DNA of 64,000 bases from a bacterium (GCA_963674965.2 CAXXFL010000001.1:96001-160000); one strand, 5' to 3'. Positions 9,074 to 19,155 are shown, counted from the stretch's first letter. Program-made: numbers and translations. The notes: a model not told the origin generated them from the sequence alone.

Positions 9074-10456
9074 ATGGCCAAGACGCCCTGGGGAGGAAGG
9101 TTCAAGGTCGGCGTGGACGACCTCATGCGAAGGTTTTCCGAGAGCGTTTCCTACGACCGGCGGTTGATCGATTACGACCTGACGGGAAGCGTGGCCCACG
9201 CCCGCATGTTGGGCGAGACGGGCATCGTCACTCGCGAGGAAGCCGGCCGTCTCGTCGCGGGCCTCGAGGAAATCCGGCGTGACCACGAGGCGGGCAGGAT
9301 CGAGTTCGACCCCGCCCTCGAGGACGTGCATATGAACGTCGAGTCCATTTTGCGCTCCAAGGTGGGCGAGGTGGCGGGCAAGCTCCACACCGCCCGCTCG
9401 CGCAACGACCAGATCAACCTGGACATGAGGCTGTATTTAAAGGACGCGATCGAGGCGGCCATGGACGGACTGGCCGCTCTTTGCCGCGCCCTGGCCGGGT
9501 CGGCCGAGGAGAATATCGGCGCCATCATGCCCGGCTACACTCATACGCGGAAGGCCCAGCCCGTGCCTTTTTCCCATCACCTTCTGGCCTACGTGGAGAT
9601 GTTCCTCCGCGACCGGGGCCGGATGGAGGACTGTCGGAGGAGGATGGACCTTTGCCCCCTCGGCTCCGGCGCCCTGGCGGGAACGACCTTTCCCATCGAC
9701 CGGGAGATGACGGCCCGGGAGCTGGGCTTCGCGGGCGTGACCCAGAACAGCATGGACGCCGTGGGCGACCGGGACTTTCTTCTCGAGTTTTTGTCGGCCG
9801 CCTCGATCGCCATGGTCCATCTCTCGCGGCTGATGGAGGAGCTCATCTGGTGGGGCCTGCCCGAGATAGGCTTCGTGAGCCTGCCCGAGAGCTTCTGCAC
9901 CGGCTCGAGCATGATGCCCAACAAGATGAACCCCGACGCGGCCGAGCTGGTAAGGGGCAAGACCGGCCGGGTGATCGGCTCCCTCAATTCCCTGCTGGTG
10001 ATAATGAAGGGCACGCCCCTGGCCTACAACCGTGACTTGCAGGAGGACAAGGAGGGGACCTTCGACGCCTCGGACACCCTCATCGACTGCCTCCTGGTAA
10101 CGGAGCGCCTGGTGGCGGGAATGAAGATCGACGCCGAGCGCATGCGCCGGGCCTGCTCGACGGGCTTCGTGCTGGCCACGGACCTGGCGGACTACCTGGC
10201 CGGGCGCGGCGTTCCCTTCCGCGATGCCCACGAGGTCTCGGGCAAGCTTGTTCGTCATTGCGAGGAGAGGGGGGTGGGACTCGAGGACCTGTCGCTCTCC
10301 GAGCTAAGGTCCTTTTCGGGGGCCTTCGAGGAGGACGTCAAAGACTGGCTCAGCCTCGAGGCCTCGGTAAACCGCCGTTCCCTGGTGGGCGGCGCCGCGA
10401 CTTCCGAGGTGGCTCGGCAAATTCAAAGGCTGAAGACCGTACTCGAGCCCTTGTAA
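9074..10456 (+). CDS. argH: Argininosuccinate lyase
   Basis: WGGRF, LHTARSRNDQ, PGYTH and GSSMMPNKMNPD signatures. Confidence 0.97.
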   Translation: MAKTPWGGRFKVGVDDLMRRFSESVSYDRRLIDYDLTGSVAHARMLGETGIVTREEAGRLVAGLEEIRRDHEAGRIEFDPALEDVHMNVESILRSKVGEVAGKLHTARSRNDQINLDMRLYLKDAIEAAMDGLAALCRALAGSAEENIGAIMPGYTHTRKAQPVPFSHHLLAYVEMFLRDRGRMEDCRRRMDLCPLGSGALAGTTFPIDREMTARELGFAGVTQNSMDAVGDRDFLLEFLSAASIAMVHLSRLMEELIWWGLPEIGFVSLPESFCTGSSMMPNKMNPDAAELVRGKTGRVIGSLNSLLVIMKGTPLAYNRDLQEDKEGTFDASDTLIDCLLVTERLVAGMKIDAERMRRACSTGFVLATDLADYLAGRGVPFRDAHEVSGKLVRHCEERGVGLEDLSLSELRSFSGAFEEDVKDWLSLEASVNRRSLVGGAATSEVARQIQRLKTVLEPL

Positions 10457-10493
10457 CCCGGCATGAAACGATCTGACTTGACGGAGGTTGGAA

Positions 10494-11270
10494 ATGAAGA
10501 GACTTTTTTTAGCGGCCGCGCTGATATCGTTATTGCCTTTATCGGCGCTGGGACAGGAAGACCTTCGGGCCAGGGCCGACGCGGCCTGGGCCGCCAGGGA
10601 CGAGTTGAGCAAGACCCTCGAGGCCATCGATCTTTTCGAGAAGATGGCGGCCCGGGACCCGTCGGACATGGAGACGCGGGTGAAGCTGGCGCGGGCTGTT
10701 TACTGGGCCATCGAGCAGGACGAGGTGCTGGCGGATATCGAGGACAGGTCCAGGATGGACAAGGACAAGCAGCTCGAGCTGGCGGAGAAGGGCATCAAGG
10801 CCTGCCGCGAGGTCCTGGCCAGTAATGAGAACGACCCGGGCGCCCGCTTCTGGCTGATCTGGAACATGGCGGCCCGGACGCTGGCCAAGGGCCTGTTCTC
10901 GGGCTTCGCCCTGGGCGAGGCCATCATGGGCACCATCGTGGTGAGCAAGGAGGACGTCAATTACTGGTACGGCGGGATTTACTGCTACTGGGCCCGGGTG
11001 ATCTACGAGATACCGGGGCTCCTGGGCAAGTTCTTCCACTTTACCGACGACGACTCGGTCTGGCTTTACGAGCACGCCATCGCGACCGAGCCGAATTACC
11101 TTCGCAACCATTTCTGGCTGGCCGACAGCTACGTGAAGATGGGCAAAAAGGACCTGGCCAAAAAGGAGTTCCAGTTCTGCGCCGGCCAGGCGGAGGGCGC
11201 CCTGCCCGAGGTCGAGCCCGAGAACAAGCTCTACAGAAGGTACGCCGCCAAAAGACTGGAGAAGATGTAG
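10494..11270 (+). CDS. Secreted TPR-like helical protein
   Basis: Signal peptide MKRLFLAAALISLLPLSALG followed by TPR-like helices. Confidence 0.6.
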   Translation: MKRLFLAAALISLLPLSALGQEDLRARADAAWAARDELSKTLEAIDLFEKMAARDPSDMETRVKLARAVYWAIEQDEVLADIEDRSRMDKDKQLELAEKGIKACREVLASNENDPGARFWLIWNMAARTLAKGLFSGFALGEAIMGTIVVSKEDVNYWYGGIYCYWARVIYEIPGLLGKFFHFTDDDSVWLYEHAIATEPNYLRNHFWLADSYVKMGKKDLAKKEFQFCAGQAEGALPEVEPENKLYRRYAAKRLEKM

Positions 11271-11288
11271 TCCGCGGGACCGTCGCCC

Positions 11289-12899
11289 ATGGGAAAGTCC
11301 GGGAAAGCCACAAAGAGGAAAAGCCCAGGCGAGCCGCCCAAGCCCGGGCGCCGATGGGCCCTTCCCGCGGCGGCGCTGGCCGCGGCGCTCTTTCCCTGGC
11401 TCCTTTATTTCCAGACCATCCACGCCGGCTTCGCGTGGGACGACCATAACCTGATCCTCAACCAGCCCCAAGACCCGGGACTTTCAGACTTCGCCCGGCT
11501 GTGGGTCTCGGACTTCTGGATGACCGACCAGGTGACCAACTCGTCCCAATACTACCGGCCCCTTACCACCACCACCTTCGCCCTCGACTCTCTTATTCAC
11601 GGACGGGACCCGGGCGGTTTCCACCTTACCAACCTCATCATCTACTCGGGGACCTGCGCCGTGGCCCTGCTCGTCTTCCGAAGGCTGATGAATGACCTGC
11701 CCGCCGCCCTGGCCCTGGCCCTGGCCTTCGCCGCTCATCCGGCCCACGTCGAGAACGTGGCCTGGGTCTCGGGCCGCACCGACCTGGTCTGCGCCCTGTT
11801 CATGTTCGCGTCTCTTCTTTTCTACCTCCGGGCCGAGGAGGAGGAAAAGCCCTGGCAATGGGCGCTTTCGTTGGCCCTGTTTTTCCTTTCCCTCCTGGGC
11901 AAGGAGATGTCCATCGTCATGGTGGGAGTGGTGGCGGTCCATCAATATTTAAGGCGCGGAGTTAACCGGTCCATGTTCGTCAGGACGGGAACCTACGCCG
12001 CGGCGGGCGCCGTCTTCTGGCTAGTGCACTCCCTGGCCGTCTCGAAGACGACCGCGCCCGAGAACGTGTACCTCACGGCCGCGGAAAAGGCGCTCAGCGT
12101 GGCCCGCAACTTCTCGCTCGGGTCCTTTTACTCGGTCGTTCCCGGCGGCTTCGAGCTGATCGTGACGGCCACCAGGGAGGAGGCGGCCCGTCTTTTCCCG
12201 CTTCCGACCGGGCCGGCGCTGGCGGCGACCCTTTTTCTCCCGGCCGCGCTGGCGGCGGCCGCCGTTTTCGCGCTGGTGAAAAAGGACAAGCTTCTCGCCC
12301 TGGGCCTGGCCTCGGGCCTTGGTTCCATCGCGCCCGTGAGCAACGTCGTGCCTTTCGGCGTGATCTTCGCCGTCCGCTTCCTCCTGATCCCCAGCTTCTT
12401 TTTCCTTCTGGCGGGAGGGGCGCTCCTGGAGCGGGCCCGGGCTTATTCCTTCCGGCTGGGCCAGGTCGAGATCACGCCGCTTATCATGGTCATGGCGCTT
12501 ACGACCATGGTTTACTCGGCGGTCACCCTTTCCTGGGTCCCCCGCTGGCAAAATGATGTTACCCTAATGGAGGCGGCGCTGGCCAAGGCGCCCGATGCCT
12601 CGCTGGCCCATTTTCTTCTCGGCAACGGACTGACGGAAAAGGGCGACCGGGACGGGGCCGTCAGGCATTACGAGCGGGCCATCGAGCTTCGGCCGGGCTA
12701 CCGGGAGGCCATGCTCAACCTGGCGGTGGTGGAGGGCCTTCGAGGCCGGCCCGCCAGGAGCGAGGCCCTCTACCGCGAGATATTGAAAATGTACCCCGGC
12801 GACCGGGGCGCCAGGTCGCGGCTGGCCAGGCTTCTGGCGAATAGCGGGCGCATGGACGAGGCGGTCCGCCTGATGGGCGGCGGGACTGGACCAAGATAG
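11289..12899 (+). CDS. TMTC-like GT-C membrane protein with C-terminal TPRs
   Basis: FAWDD, YYRPL, FHLTNL, HPAHVENVAWVSGRTDL and KE motifs; many TM segments; TPR tail. Confidence 0.75.
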   Translation: MGKSGKATKRKSPGEPPKPGRRWALPAAALAAALFPWLLYFQTIHAGFAWDDHNLILNQPQDPGLSDFARLWVSDFWMTDQVTNSSQYYRPLTTTTFALDSLIHGRDPGGFHLTNLIIYSGTCAVALLVFRRLMNDLPAALALALAFAAHPAHVENVAWVSGRTDLVCALFMFASLLFYLRAEEEEKPWQWALSLALFFLSLLGKEMSIVMVGVVAVHQYLRRGVNRSMFVRTGTYAAAGAVFWLVHSLAVSKTTAPENVYLTAAEKALSVARNFSLGSFYSVVPGGFELIVTATREEAARLFPLPTGPALAATLFLPAALAAAAVFALVKKDKLLALGLASGLGSIAPVSNVVPFGVIFAVRFLLIPSFFFLLAGGALLERARAYSFRLGQVEITPLIMVMALTTMVYSAVTLSWVPRWQNDVTLMEAALAKAPDASLAHFLLGNGLTEKGDRDGAVRHYERAIELRPGYREAMLNLAVVEGLRGRPARSEALYREILKMYPGDRGARSRLARLLANSGRMDEAVRLMGGGTGPR

Positions 12900-12957
12900 G
12901 GACCGGCGTGGGACCGGACGCGGGAGGCCGCGTTCCTTAAAGGGGAGGCTAATCGAG

Positions 12958-13320
12958 ATGGAAAGCGAGATGGACGGCGAGATGATGGATTACATGGAGG
13001 ATGAGGAGATACGCCACGTGGTCGTCTTCGTGACCGCGCCGGACCTGGAGGGCGGCAAGAAGATCGCCCGGGCCCTGGTCGAGGAGGAGATAGCGGCCTG
13101 CGTCAACGTTATCGAGGGCATAACCTCGATCTTCATGTGGAAGAGCAAGATCGAGGAGGAAAAGGAGTGCCTGCTCGTGATCAAGACGCGCCTGGTCCGG
13201 GTGGGCGACGTGATCGACGTGGTCAAGAGCATGCACGGCTACGACGTTCCCGAGATCATCGCCCTGCCCGTGGTGGACGGCAACCCGGCCTATTTGAAGT
13301 GGATCGACGAGGTCACTTGA
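12958..13320 (+). CDS. cutA: Divalent-cation tolerance protein CutA (true start may be slightly downstream)
   Basis: IARALVEEEIAACVN...SIFMWK...HGYDVPEII. Confidence 0.9.
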   Translation: MESEMDGEMMDYMEDEEIRHVVVFVTAPDLEGGKKIARALVEEEIAACVNVIEGITSIFMWKSKIEEEKECLLVIKTRLVRVGDVIDVVKSMHGYDVPEIIALPVVDGNPAYLKWIDEVT

Positions 13321-13400
13321 AACCCCATCCCCCGCGCCCGGGCTTTACACGTGCGCCGTTTGCGCTTACAATCAATCGCTCTTGATAGGAGGGACCTTTT

Positions 13401-14207
13401 TTGTCACGCCTTGCCAAGCGTTTCGAGGAACTGAAGAAAGAGGGGAAAGCGGGGTTTATTCCGTTCATCACCGCGGGGGACCCGACCCTGGCGCGGACGG
13501 CCGAGCTTTTGGACGTTTTGGCCGAGTCGGGGGCGGACGTCATCGAGTTGGGCATGCCCTTCTCGGACCCCATGGCCGACGGTCCCACCATCCAGGCGGC
13601 CTCCGAGCGGGCGCTGAAAAACGACTTCGGCATCGAGGAAATTCTCGAGCTGGCCGGGGACTTCAGGAAGCGCCATGACGTTCCGCTCATTCTTTTCGGC
13701 TATTACAACCCGGTCTTCTCCTACGGCGAGGAGCGGCTGATGAGCGAGGCCCAGGACTCGGGGGTGGACGGCTTTCTCATCGTGGACCTTCCCCCCGAGG
13801 AGGGGGAGGACATGCTCCGCTACGCCGACGGGGCCGGGGTGGACGTCATCTATCTTATCGCTCCCACCACGCCCGACTCCCGGATCGAGAAGATAGCCAG
13901 GGTCGCCCGCGGCTTCGTCTACTACGTGTGCGTCACGGGAGTGACCGGCGCCCGCGCCACCGTGTCCACCACCATTGCCCGCGACGTGGAGAGAATCCGC
14001 CGTCATATCGACCTGCCCGTGGCCGTGGGCTTCGGCATCAGCACGCCCGAGCAGGCGGCCGAGGTGGCCCGCCGGGCCGACGCCGTGGTGGTGGGAAGCG
14101 CCATCGTTTCCATGATCGGAAAACTGGGAGACACGGACGAGATGGTCGGGAAGGTGGGCGAGTTCGCCGCCGCCCTCAGCGCGGGCGTCCGCTCGGCCAA
14201 GAAGTGA
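13401..14207 (+). CDS. trpA: Tryptophan synthase alpha subunit
   Basis: IELGMPFSDPMADGPTIQ, VDLPPEE, GVTGAR, VGFGIS. Confidence 0.97.
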   Translation: MSRLAKRFEELKKEGKAGFIPFITAGDPTLARTAELLDVLAESGADVIELGMPFSDPMADGPTIQAASERALKNDFGIEEILELAGDFRKRHDVPLILFGYYNPVFSYGEERLMSEAQDSGVDGFLIVDLPPEEGEDMLRYADGAGVDVIYLIAPTTPDSRIEKIARVARGFVYYVCVTGVTGARATVSTTIARDVERIRRHIDLPVAVGFGISTPEQAAEVARRADAVVVGSAIVSMIGKLGDTDEMVGKVGEFAAALSAGVRSAKK

Positions 14208-14237
14208 GTCCGGCCTTTTAAGCTCCGCCCATTCGCC

Positions 14238-15044
14238 ATGCCTGAAGTTGAAGTCAACGGAGTCCGCCTGCATTACATGGCCGCGGGAAAAGGAGAGGCG
14301 GTGGTCCTTATCCACGGCTTCACCTCCAGCCACGTCATGTGGTACAACCAGGTACCCGCCCTGGCCCGGGCCGGTTTCAGGAGCTACGCCTACGACGCGC
14401 GCGGCCACGGCGACTCGCAAAAGCCCGGAAAGGGATACGACGCCGACTCCCTCGCCCTCGAGCTCGGGGCCTTCATGGACGCCCTCAATGTCCCGAGGGC
14501 CCACGTGGCGGGCCTGTCCATGGGAGGCATGATCGCCCAGCGCTTCGCGCTCTCGAGTCCCGAGCGGGTCGCCACCCTCACCATCGCCGACAGCTTCACC
14601 GGCGGCCCGGTCAACGGGGTCATGCGCTCCTTCCAGGACCAGATGGACCTGCTCATGAAAAAGGGACTGCCCGGCCTGTGGGCAAGCATGCTTTCAAACC
14701 CCGCCTTTCCGGTGGGACCCGACTTCACCGGTCACCTCGAGCTGATGGACCTGTTCCAAAAGAACTTCATGAAGAACGACCCCGACTCCCTCGCCCTCTT
14801 CGTGCAGGAGTTCGCCGCCGCCCGGGACTGGACCGGAGACCTCGCCTCCATATCGAGGCCCACCCTCCTCATCGTGGGCGAGTACGACGCGCCCTGCCTG
14901 GACCCGATGAGGCGCATGAGCGAGAACATACCCGGCTCCGAGCTGGTGGTCATTCCGCGCTGCGGACACGTGTCGGCCCTCGAGAAGCCGGAGGAATTCA
15001 ACCGCGCCTTCCTGCCCTTTTTAAAGCAACACCCCATCGGGTAA
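14238..15044 (+). CDS. Alpha/beta hydrolase
   Basis: LIHGF, DARGHG, nucleophile elbow GLSMGG, GEYD and CGH. Confidence 0.9.
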   Translation: MPEVEVNGVRLHYMAAGKGEAVVLIHGFTSSHVMWYNQVPALARAGFRSYAYDARGHGDSQKPGKGYDADSLALELGAFMDALNVPRAHVAGLSMGGMIAQRFALSSPERVATLTIADSFTGGPVNGVMRSFQDQMDLLMKKGLPGLWASMLSNPAFPVGPDFTGHLELMDLFQKNFMKNDPDSLALFVQEFAAARDWTGDLASISRPTLLIVGEYDAPCLDPMRRMSENIPGSELVVIPRCGHVSALEKPEEFNRAFLPFLKQHPIG

Positions 15045-15052
15045 CCGCCCTC

Positions 15053-15547
15053 TTACTTGCTCCTGATCAATAAGCCCGCCACGTAAAACATGCGGTCCTG
15101 GGTGGGCGAGCCGTTCTTGCCGGCCACGCTGAAAGGTTTCCATCCCGTCCCGAACCCCGTTATCGAGCCCTCGCCCTTCCAGCCGTAGGAGTCTCCCGTG
15201 TCCGGGCAGGAAAGGTCGCAATATTGAGAGTCCACCGTCACCCGGAAATACTTGCCGCCCGCGGGCGAGTCCTCCGTCATGCCGTACACCCGGACCCCCA
15301 GCTCGGACACCCCGTCGGGTATCCAAACCACGCCGGTGAAAAGTTCCTCGGTGGATTGATTGGACACGTCGCGCTGGGCCTTGAAAACGTACTCCCACGC
15401 GCTCGAGTTATAGAACCTTCCGTGCGCGTTCAAAAGGGGCATGCCCTGGTGAAGCGCGTCCAGGTTGCCTTTGATCTTGCCCATAAGGGTCTGGTTGAGC
15501 GGACTGTTCGCGTCCACCTCGCCGGCCGCTATGTCGGTCCAAGCCAT
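15053..15547 (-). CDS. Putative tail tip or small fibre protein
   Basis: Last gene of the operon; N-terminus MAWTDIAAGEVDANSPLNQTLMGKIKGNLDAL resembles virion anchor segments; beta-rich C-terminus. Confidence 0.45.
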   Translation of the reverse strand: MAWTDIAAGEVDANSPLNQTLMGKIKGNLDALHQGMPLLNAHGRFYNSSAWEYVFKAQRDVSNQSTEELFTGVVWIPDGVSELGVRVYGMTEDSPAGGKYFRVTVDSQYCDLSCPDTGDSYGWKGEGSITGFGTGWKPFSVAGKNGSPTQDRMFYVAGLLIRSK

Positions 15548-15623
15548 CTCGATCTCCTTTTATTTAAGGCTGTCGCCGCGTCCGCCTCTCGCCTCGAGGG
15601 CCGGGGGCTGGGAGCGGCCAGGT

Positions 15624-16133
15624 TCAGTCGGCGGCCAGGAAATTTTTTTCCCGGAGCCAGGCGGCCCTTTTCAGAACGTCCCTCGAGTAGTCCTTGCCGG
15701 TGGTCGAGGAATCCACGTCGCGGCCCCGGATAAGGTGCCGCTCGACCCGGCCCATGCCGCAGTTGTATCCGGCCAGGGCCGCCCGAAGGGCCTTGTCCTT
15801 GTCCAGGTCGGGAAAGGCCTCGGCCAGGCGGTCAAGGTTCTCGCGCAAAAGGCCGCACCCGTAGGCCAGGTTGGCCGCCGGGTTGCGCCACAGATCGCCC
15901 AGCCCGACGAACCCCTTGTGCCAGCGGTCGTCGATCTGCATGAGTCCTCGCCCGTGTCCCTTGTCGCCCGTGTCCGGCGGGTTGCCCCATTTGCCTAAAA
16001 GGCGGCCCGCGCCCGACTCGCGGCTGATTATCGCGGCCACCACCAGGGGGTCCAGGCCGAAGCTTTCCGCCACCGCCGCTATCAGGGGCCCGATCATCTC
16101 GAGCCAGGGAAGGTCCAGTTCCATCGCCTTCAT
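15624..16133 (-). CDS. GH23 g-type-lysozyme/SLT-like endolysin
   Basis: AAIISRES (catalytic Glu), GDKGHGRGLMQIDDRWH, AGYNCG, DYSRDV; ATGA overlap with the upstream gene. Confidence 0.85.
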   Translation of the reverse strand: MKAMELDLPWLEMIGPLIAAVAESFGLDPLVVAAIISRESGAGRLLGKWGNPPDTGDKGHGRGLMQIDDRWHKGFVGLGDLWRNPAANLAYGCGLLRENLDRLAEAFPDLDKDKALRAALAGYNCGMGRVERHLIRGRDVDSSTTGKDYSRDVLKRAAWLREKNFLAAD

Positions 16134-16408
16134 TTGTTCTCCTCCATGGTTTTCCTCCTCTCGTTCTCGCGCGCCAGTCCCTCCCGAATCTCCTCGAGGG
16201 AGGTCCACGCCCTCTCCAGGCCCCGCTTGATCTCGATCACGTCGTCGTGAAGCTCGCGGTGCTGGAGCGCGCAGTACTCGCGCGCCACTTTGCCGTCCAC
16301 GCTCTCTTGCATGGACTCGATCCGCTGGTTGTTGCTCTTCCAAACCAGCCCCCATAAAAACAGGATCGCCGCCCCGTCGATCAGTATCGACGGCAATACT
16401 CCTCCCAT
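16130..16408 (-). CDS. Holin-like small membrane protein
   Basis: 92 aa with one N-terminal TM segment and a coiled coil; coupled to the lysozyme gene. Confidence 0.5.
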   Translation of the reverse strand: MGGVLPSILIDGAAILFLWGLVWKSNNQRIESMQESVDGKVAREYCALQHRELHDDVIEIKRGLERAWTSLEEIREGLARENERRKTMEENK

Positions 16409-16420
16409 TTCCTCACCTCC

Positions 16421-18352
16421 TTAGTAAACGTGGTAGCCGTCCTCGCCGTCCGGCCCCACCTTGTTGTCCCAGTCTCCTATCCAGCCGTGCCTCTCCCTCT
16501 CCTCGACGCTCGCCGACGAGTAGTCGTGGCCGACCTCGGCCGGCGAAATGAGCGGATAGCGCCGGGAAAGGTTGGTGTCGATCGCCGCGTACTCGAAGCG
16601 GTTGTCGCTTCGGGCCGACTTCTTGAGGACCTCGAAGAGCCTCCCCGCCAGCGGAGCGCCGCTCGCGTCCACCACGTCGCGGCTGGTGACGCGGACGAAG
16701 TCGCCCACCTTCAGGCCCGAGTCCTTGAGCTCGAGGGAGAAGCCCAGCGTCGGCGCCCCGCGCCCGTAGCGGATCAAATACCTCGAGGCCAAAATCAGCG
16801 CCTCGTTCTCGCGATATATCCAGTCGGCCTTGATCTCCTTGTTCTTGGAAAGACGGAAAAAGTCGTTGCTCTCGCTCTCGGCGTCTATATAAACCAAAAG
16901 CCCCGCGTAGGAGTCGGCCTCGTCTCCGGACGCCCCGGCCATGGGATCGTAATAAACCGTGGCCCGCGTGGCCTGGAGCTTAAGGCCCGGCTCCCAGCTC
17001 GTCGAGCCGTCGATGAAGCCCGTCTCGTCGTCAAGCTCGGCGGCGTTCCCCGCCATGACGGGCGGGGCCACGCACTTGGCCCATATTTTCGAGTCCTCCC
17101 CCTGCCAGACGTGAAGCATGGTCTGCTCGCGAAGTCCGTTGATGAGCTTCTTGATCGAGGTGGGCTTGTCCACCCTCCTCCGAAAAAGCGAGCCCGAAAG
17201 CCAGCGCCCCAGCTCGTCGCTGAAGACCACCACCGGCGCCGCCTCGTCCTGGCCGTGGCTCGCGGCCTCGGAGCCCAGCGCGCCCCTCTCCGTCGCGTGA
17301 ACGCCCGAGGAGGTCTTGCCCCGGTAGGAAACAAGCTCGTCTCCTATCCGCACGGTCCCGGTCTCGGGCAGGTCCCGGGCGTTATTCAAGCCGATCTCGA
17401 GCTCGGAGGCCCCGATGGACGAGGACAAGGTAACGCCCCGGTCCACCGCCGCCAGGTCGAGAGGGTCGATGCCGCCGCTCTCGCAGAGAAGAGACATGAA
17501 TATCTCGTCCGCCGGAAGTCCCTCCCCCGAGTCCTCCTCCGCGAAGACCGCGGCCTGGGCGACTTTGGTCCCGGCCAAGTGGGACGCCGCCGCCGAGCCG
17601 TAAGCCCCGCTCGAGCACCCCTCCAGCGTCTGGGCGGTCACGCCGGTGAAGGTCACGTACTCGTCCTCGATCTTGACCGCGCCGGGGGCCTCGAACTCGG
17701 CGCCGTCCGCCACGTGCATGACCGAGCCGCCGCTATAGTCCATGAGCAGGACGTTTTTCGAGGACTGGCGGGGAGGTATCTTTTTGTCCAGGAGCTTGAG
17801 CTGGTCCTTGACGATCAGCCGCGCCCTACCCTCCTCCCACTCGAGGCCGTCGATTACTCCCTTGAAGACCAGCCGATACTCCGAGACCTCGAGGCCGCCG
17901 AAGCCCCGGTAGACGCGGGCCGTCCGGCCCTCGAGGTTCGGGTTGCGGGCGATGAGGTTGCGGAAATAGGAGCCTCCCGTCTCGAGGCGGGAGACGGCCT
18001 TGTCCGGATTGGCCAGGGCGAGGGGCTCGTCGTCCAGGAACTCGATGGTGACGCGGGCCCGGCGGGTGACGCTCTCTCCCGGCTTGATCTCGGTGGGTAC
18101 CTCGCCCACGCTCGCGAGGTAGGGCAGGGCGCCCGGCAGCCTGGGACCGTCGGCCGAGCAAAAGCAATACTCCTTCATGGTCCTCGAGAAATCGGCCGGG
18201 GCCAGGCAGGTGGAATAGGTGTAGTAACAGCCCTCGCCGCCCGAGGCCCCGCACGGCGCCTGGCCGTACTCGTTCGCGCAGTAGTCCAGGTCAAGCGCGA
18301 CCAGCCACGTGACCTCCCGGCAAATCCCGGACCTTTTATCATCGTAGTTCAT
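16421..18352 (-). CDS. Tail hub/tip (baseplate hub-like) protein
   Basis: 643 aa after the distal-tail gene; N-terminal Cys cluster; two GxxGSxAASH repeat domains. Confidence 0.65.
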   Translation of the reverse strand: MNYDDKRSGICREVTWLVALDLDYCANEYGQAPCGASGGEGCYYTYSTCLAPADFSRTMKEYCFCSADGPRLPGALPYLASVGEVPTEIKPGESVTRRARVTIEFLDDEPLALANPDKAVSRLETGGSYFRNLIARNPNLEGRTARVYRGFGGLEVSEYRLVFKGVIDGLEWEEGRARLIVKDQLKLLDKKIPPRQSSKNVLLMDYSGGSVMHVADGAEFEAPGAVKIEDEYVTFTGVTAQTLEGCSSGAYGSAAASHLAGTKVAQAAVFAEEDSGEGLPADEIFMSLLCESGGIDPLDLAAVDRGVTLSSSIGASELEIGLNNARDLPETGTVRIGDELVSYRGKTSSGVHATERGALGSEAASHGQDEAAPVVVFSDELGRWLSGSLFRRRVDKPTSIKKLINGLREQTMLHVWQGEDSKIWAKCVAPPVMAGNAAELDDETGFIDGSTSWEPGLKLQATRATVYYDPMAGASGDEADSYAGLLVYIDAESESNDFFRLSKNKEIKADWIYRENEALILASRYLIRYGRGAPTLGFSLELKDSGLKVGDFVRVTSRDVVDASGAPLAGRLFEVLKKSARSDNRFEYAAIDTNLSRRYPLISPAEVGHDYSSASVEERERHGWIGDWDNKVGPDGEDGYHVY

Positions 18353-18381
18353 CCGCGCCTCCAGTTAATCGGTCGTCCCCA

Positions 18382-19155
18382 TCACTCGCCCGCGCTTATC
18401 ATCTCGATCGCGAGCGAGCGGTAGGGCCCCTGATAGGGAGAAGAAAAGCCCGGCTCGGCCGAGCGGACCAGCGCCACGCGTCTCGGGTCGCGCGCCGGGT
18501 CCCAGGCGAAGAAGAAAGGCCTCAGGCCGTGCAGTCGCCAGAAGCGGGACCACTCCTCCTCGATAAAGCCCGGGTCCAGCCGATCGAAGCTGGCCCGAAT
18601 CCGGCGCCTCGAGTATTTTTGCGCCACGCCGAGAAGACGGCCCGTCCTTCCCGTCTCGGCGGCCATGGCCGTCTCGAGACCGTCGGGATCGAAGCCCGCC
18701 TCGGGAAAGGCCGGTATTTCCATGGCCTGGCCCACGAAGAGAACGCCCAACCGCGGGGCGGCCGAGTATCCGTCGGGTATGACCAGCTTGAAATAGCGGC
18801 GGCTTTGGACGGGAAAGCGGCAAAAGAACGCGGAGTCGTCCTCCGGCGCGGCCGGTTCCATGCAGTCATGGTAGATCGAGTCGTCGTCCGAGTACTTGAG
18901 CGCCAGGCCCGAGACGCCGCTCGAGGCCAGGTCATGTCCGGCTATCGCCAGGCAATCCACCGGGGCCTGGCAAGACTCGCCCGCGTCGATCTTGATCTCG
19001 AGGTCTCCCGAGGACGCCTCCGCTCGCCAGTGGGTGTAGTCCCTCCAGTCCAGGGCGTTCTGAAAGGGAAAACCCGCCGCGTCGGCCGGCCGCGTTACCG
19101 TAACGCCGTCCATGCTCAAAACGTTCTCCCAGGCGATCACCGGATAATCGCTCAT
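18382..19155 (-). CDS. Putative distal tail protein
   Basis: Sits after the tape measure; IAGHDL, RYFKLVI, LGVLFVG and PFFFAWDP resemble distal-tail proteins. Confidence 0.5.
   Translation of the reverse strand: MSDYPVIAWENVLSMDGVTVTRPADAAGFPFQNALDWRDYTHWRAEASSGDLEIKIDAGESCQAPVDCLAIAGHDLASSGVSGLALKYSDDDSIYHDCMEPAAPEDDSAFFCRFPVQSRRYFKLVIPDGYSAAPRLGVLFVGQAMEIPAFPEAGFDPDGLETAMAAETGRTGRLLGVAQKYSRRRIRASFDRLDPGFIEEEWSRFWRLHGLRPFFFAWDPARDPRRVALVRSAEPGFSSPYQGPYRSLAIEMISAGE

Noticed and set aside
13401-14207. trpA separated from other trp genes
   Set aside because: Split trp operons are common.
16430-18424. Long antisense ORFs (also 47543-49525, 53224-54717, 55522-57342)
   Set aside because: Shadow ORFs opposite well-supported genes, as expected with high-GC codon bias.
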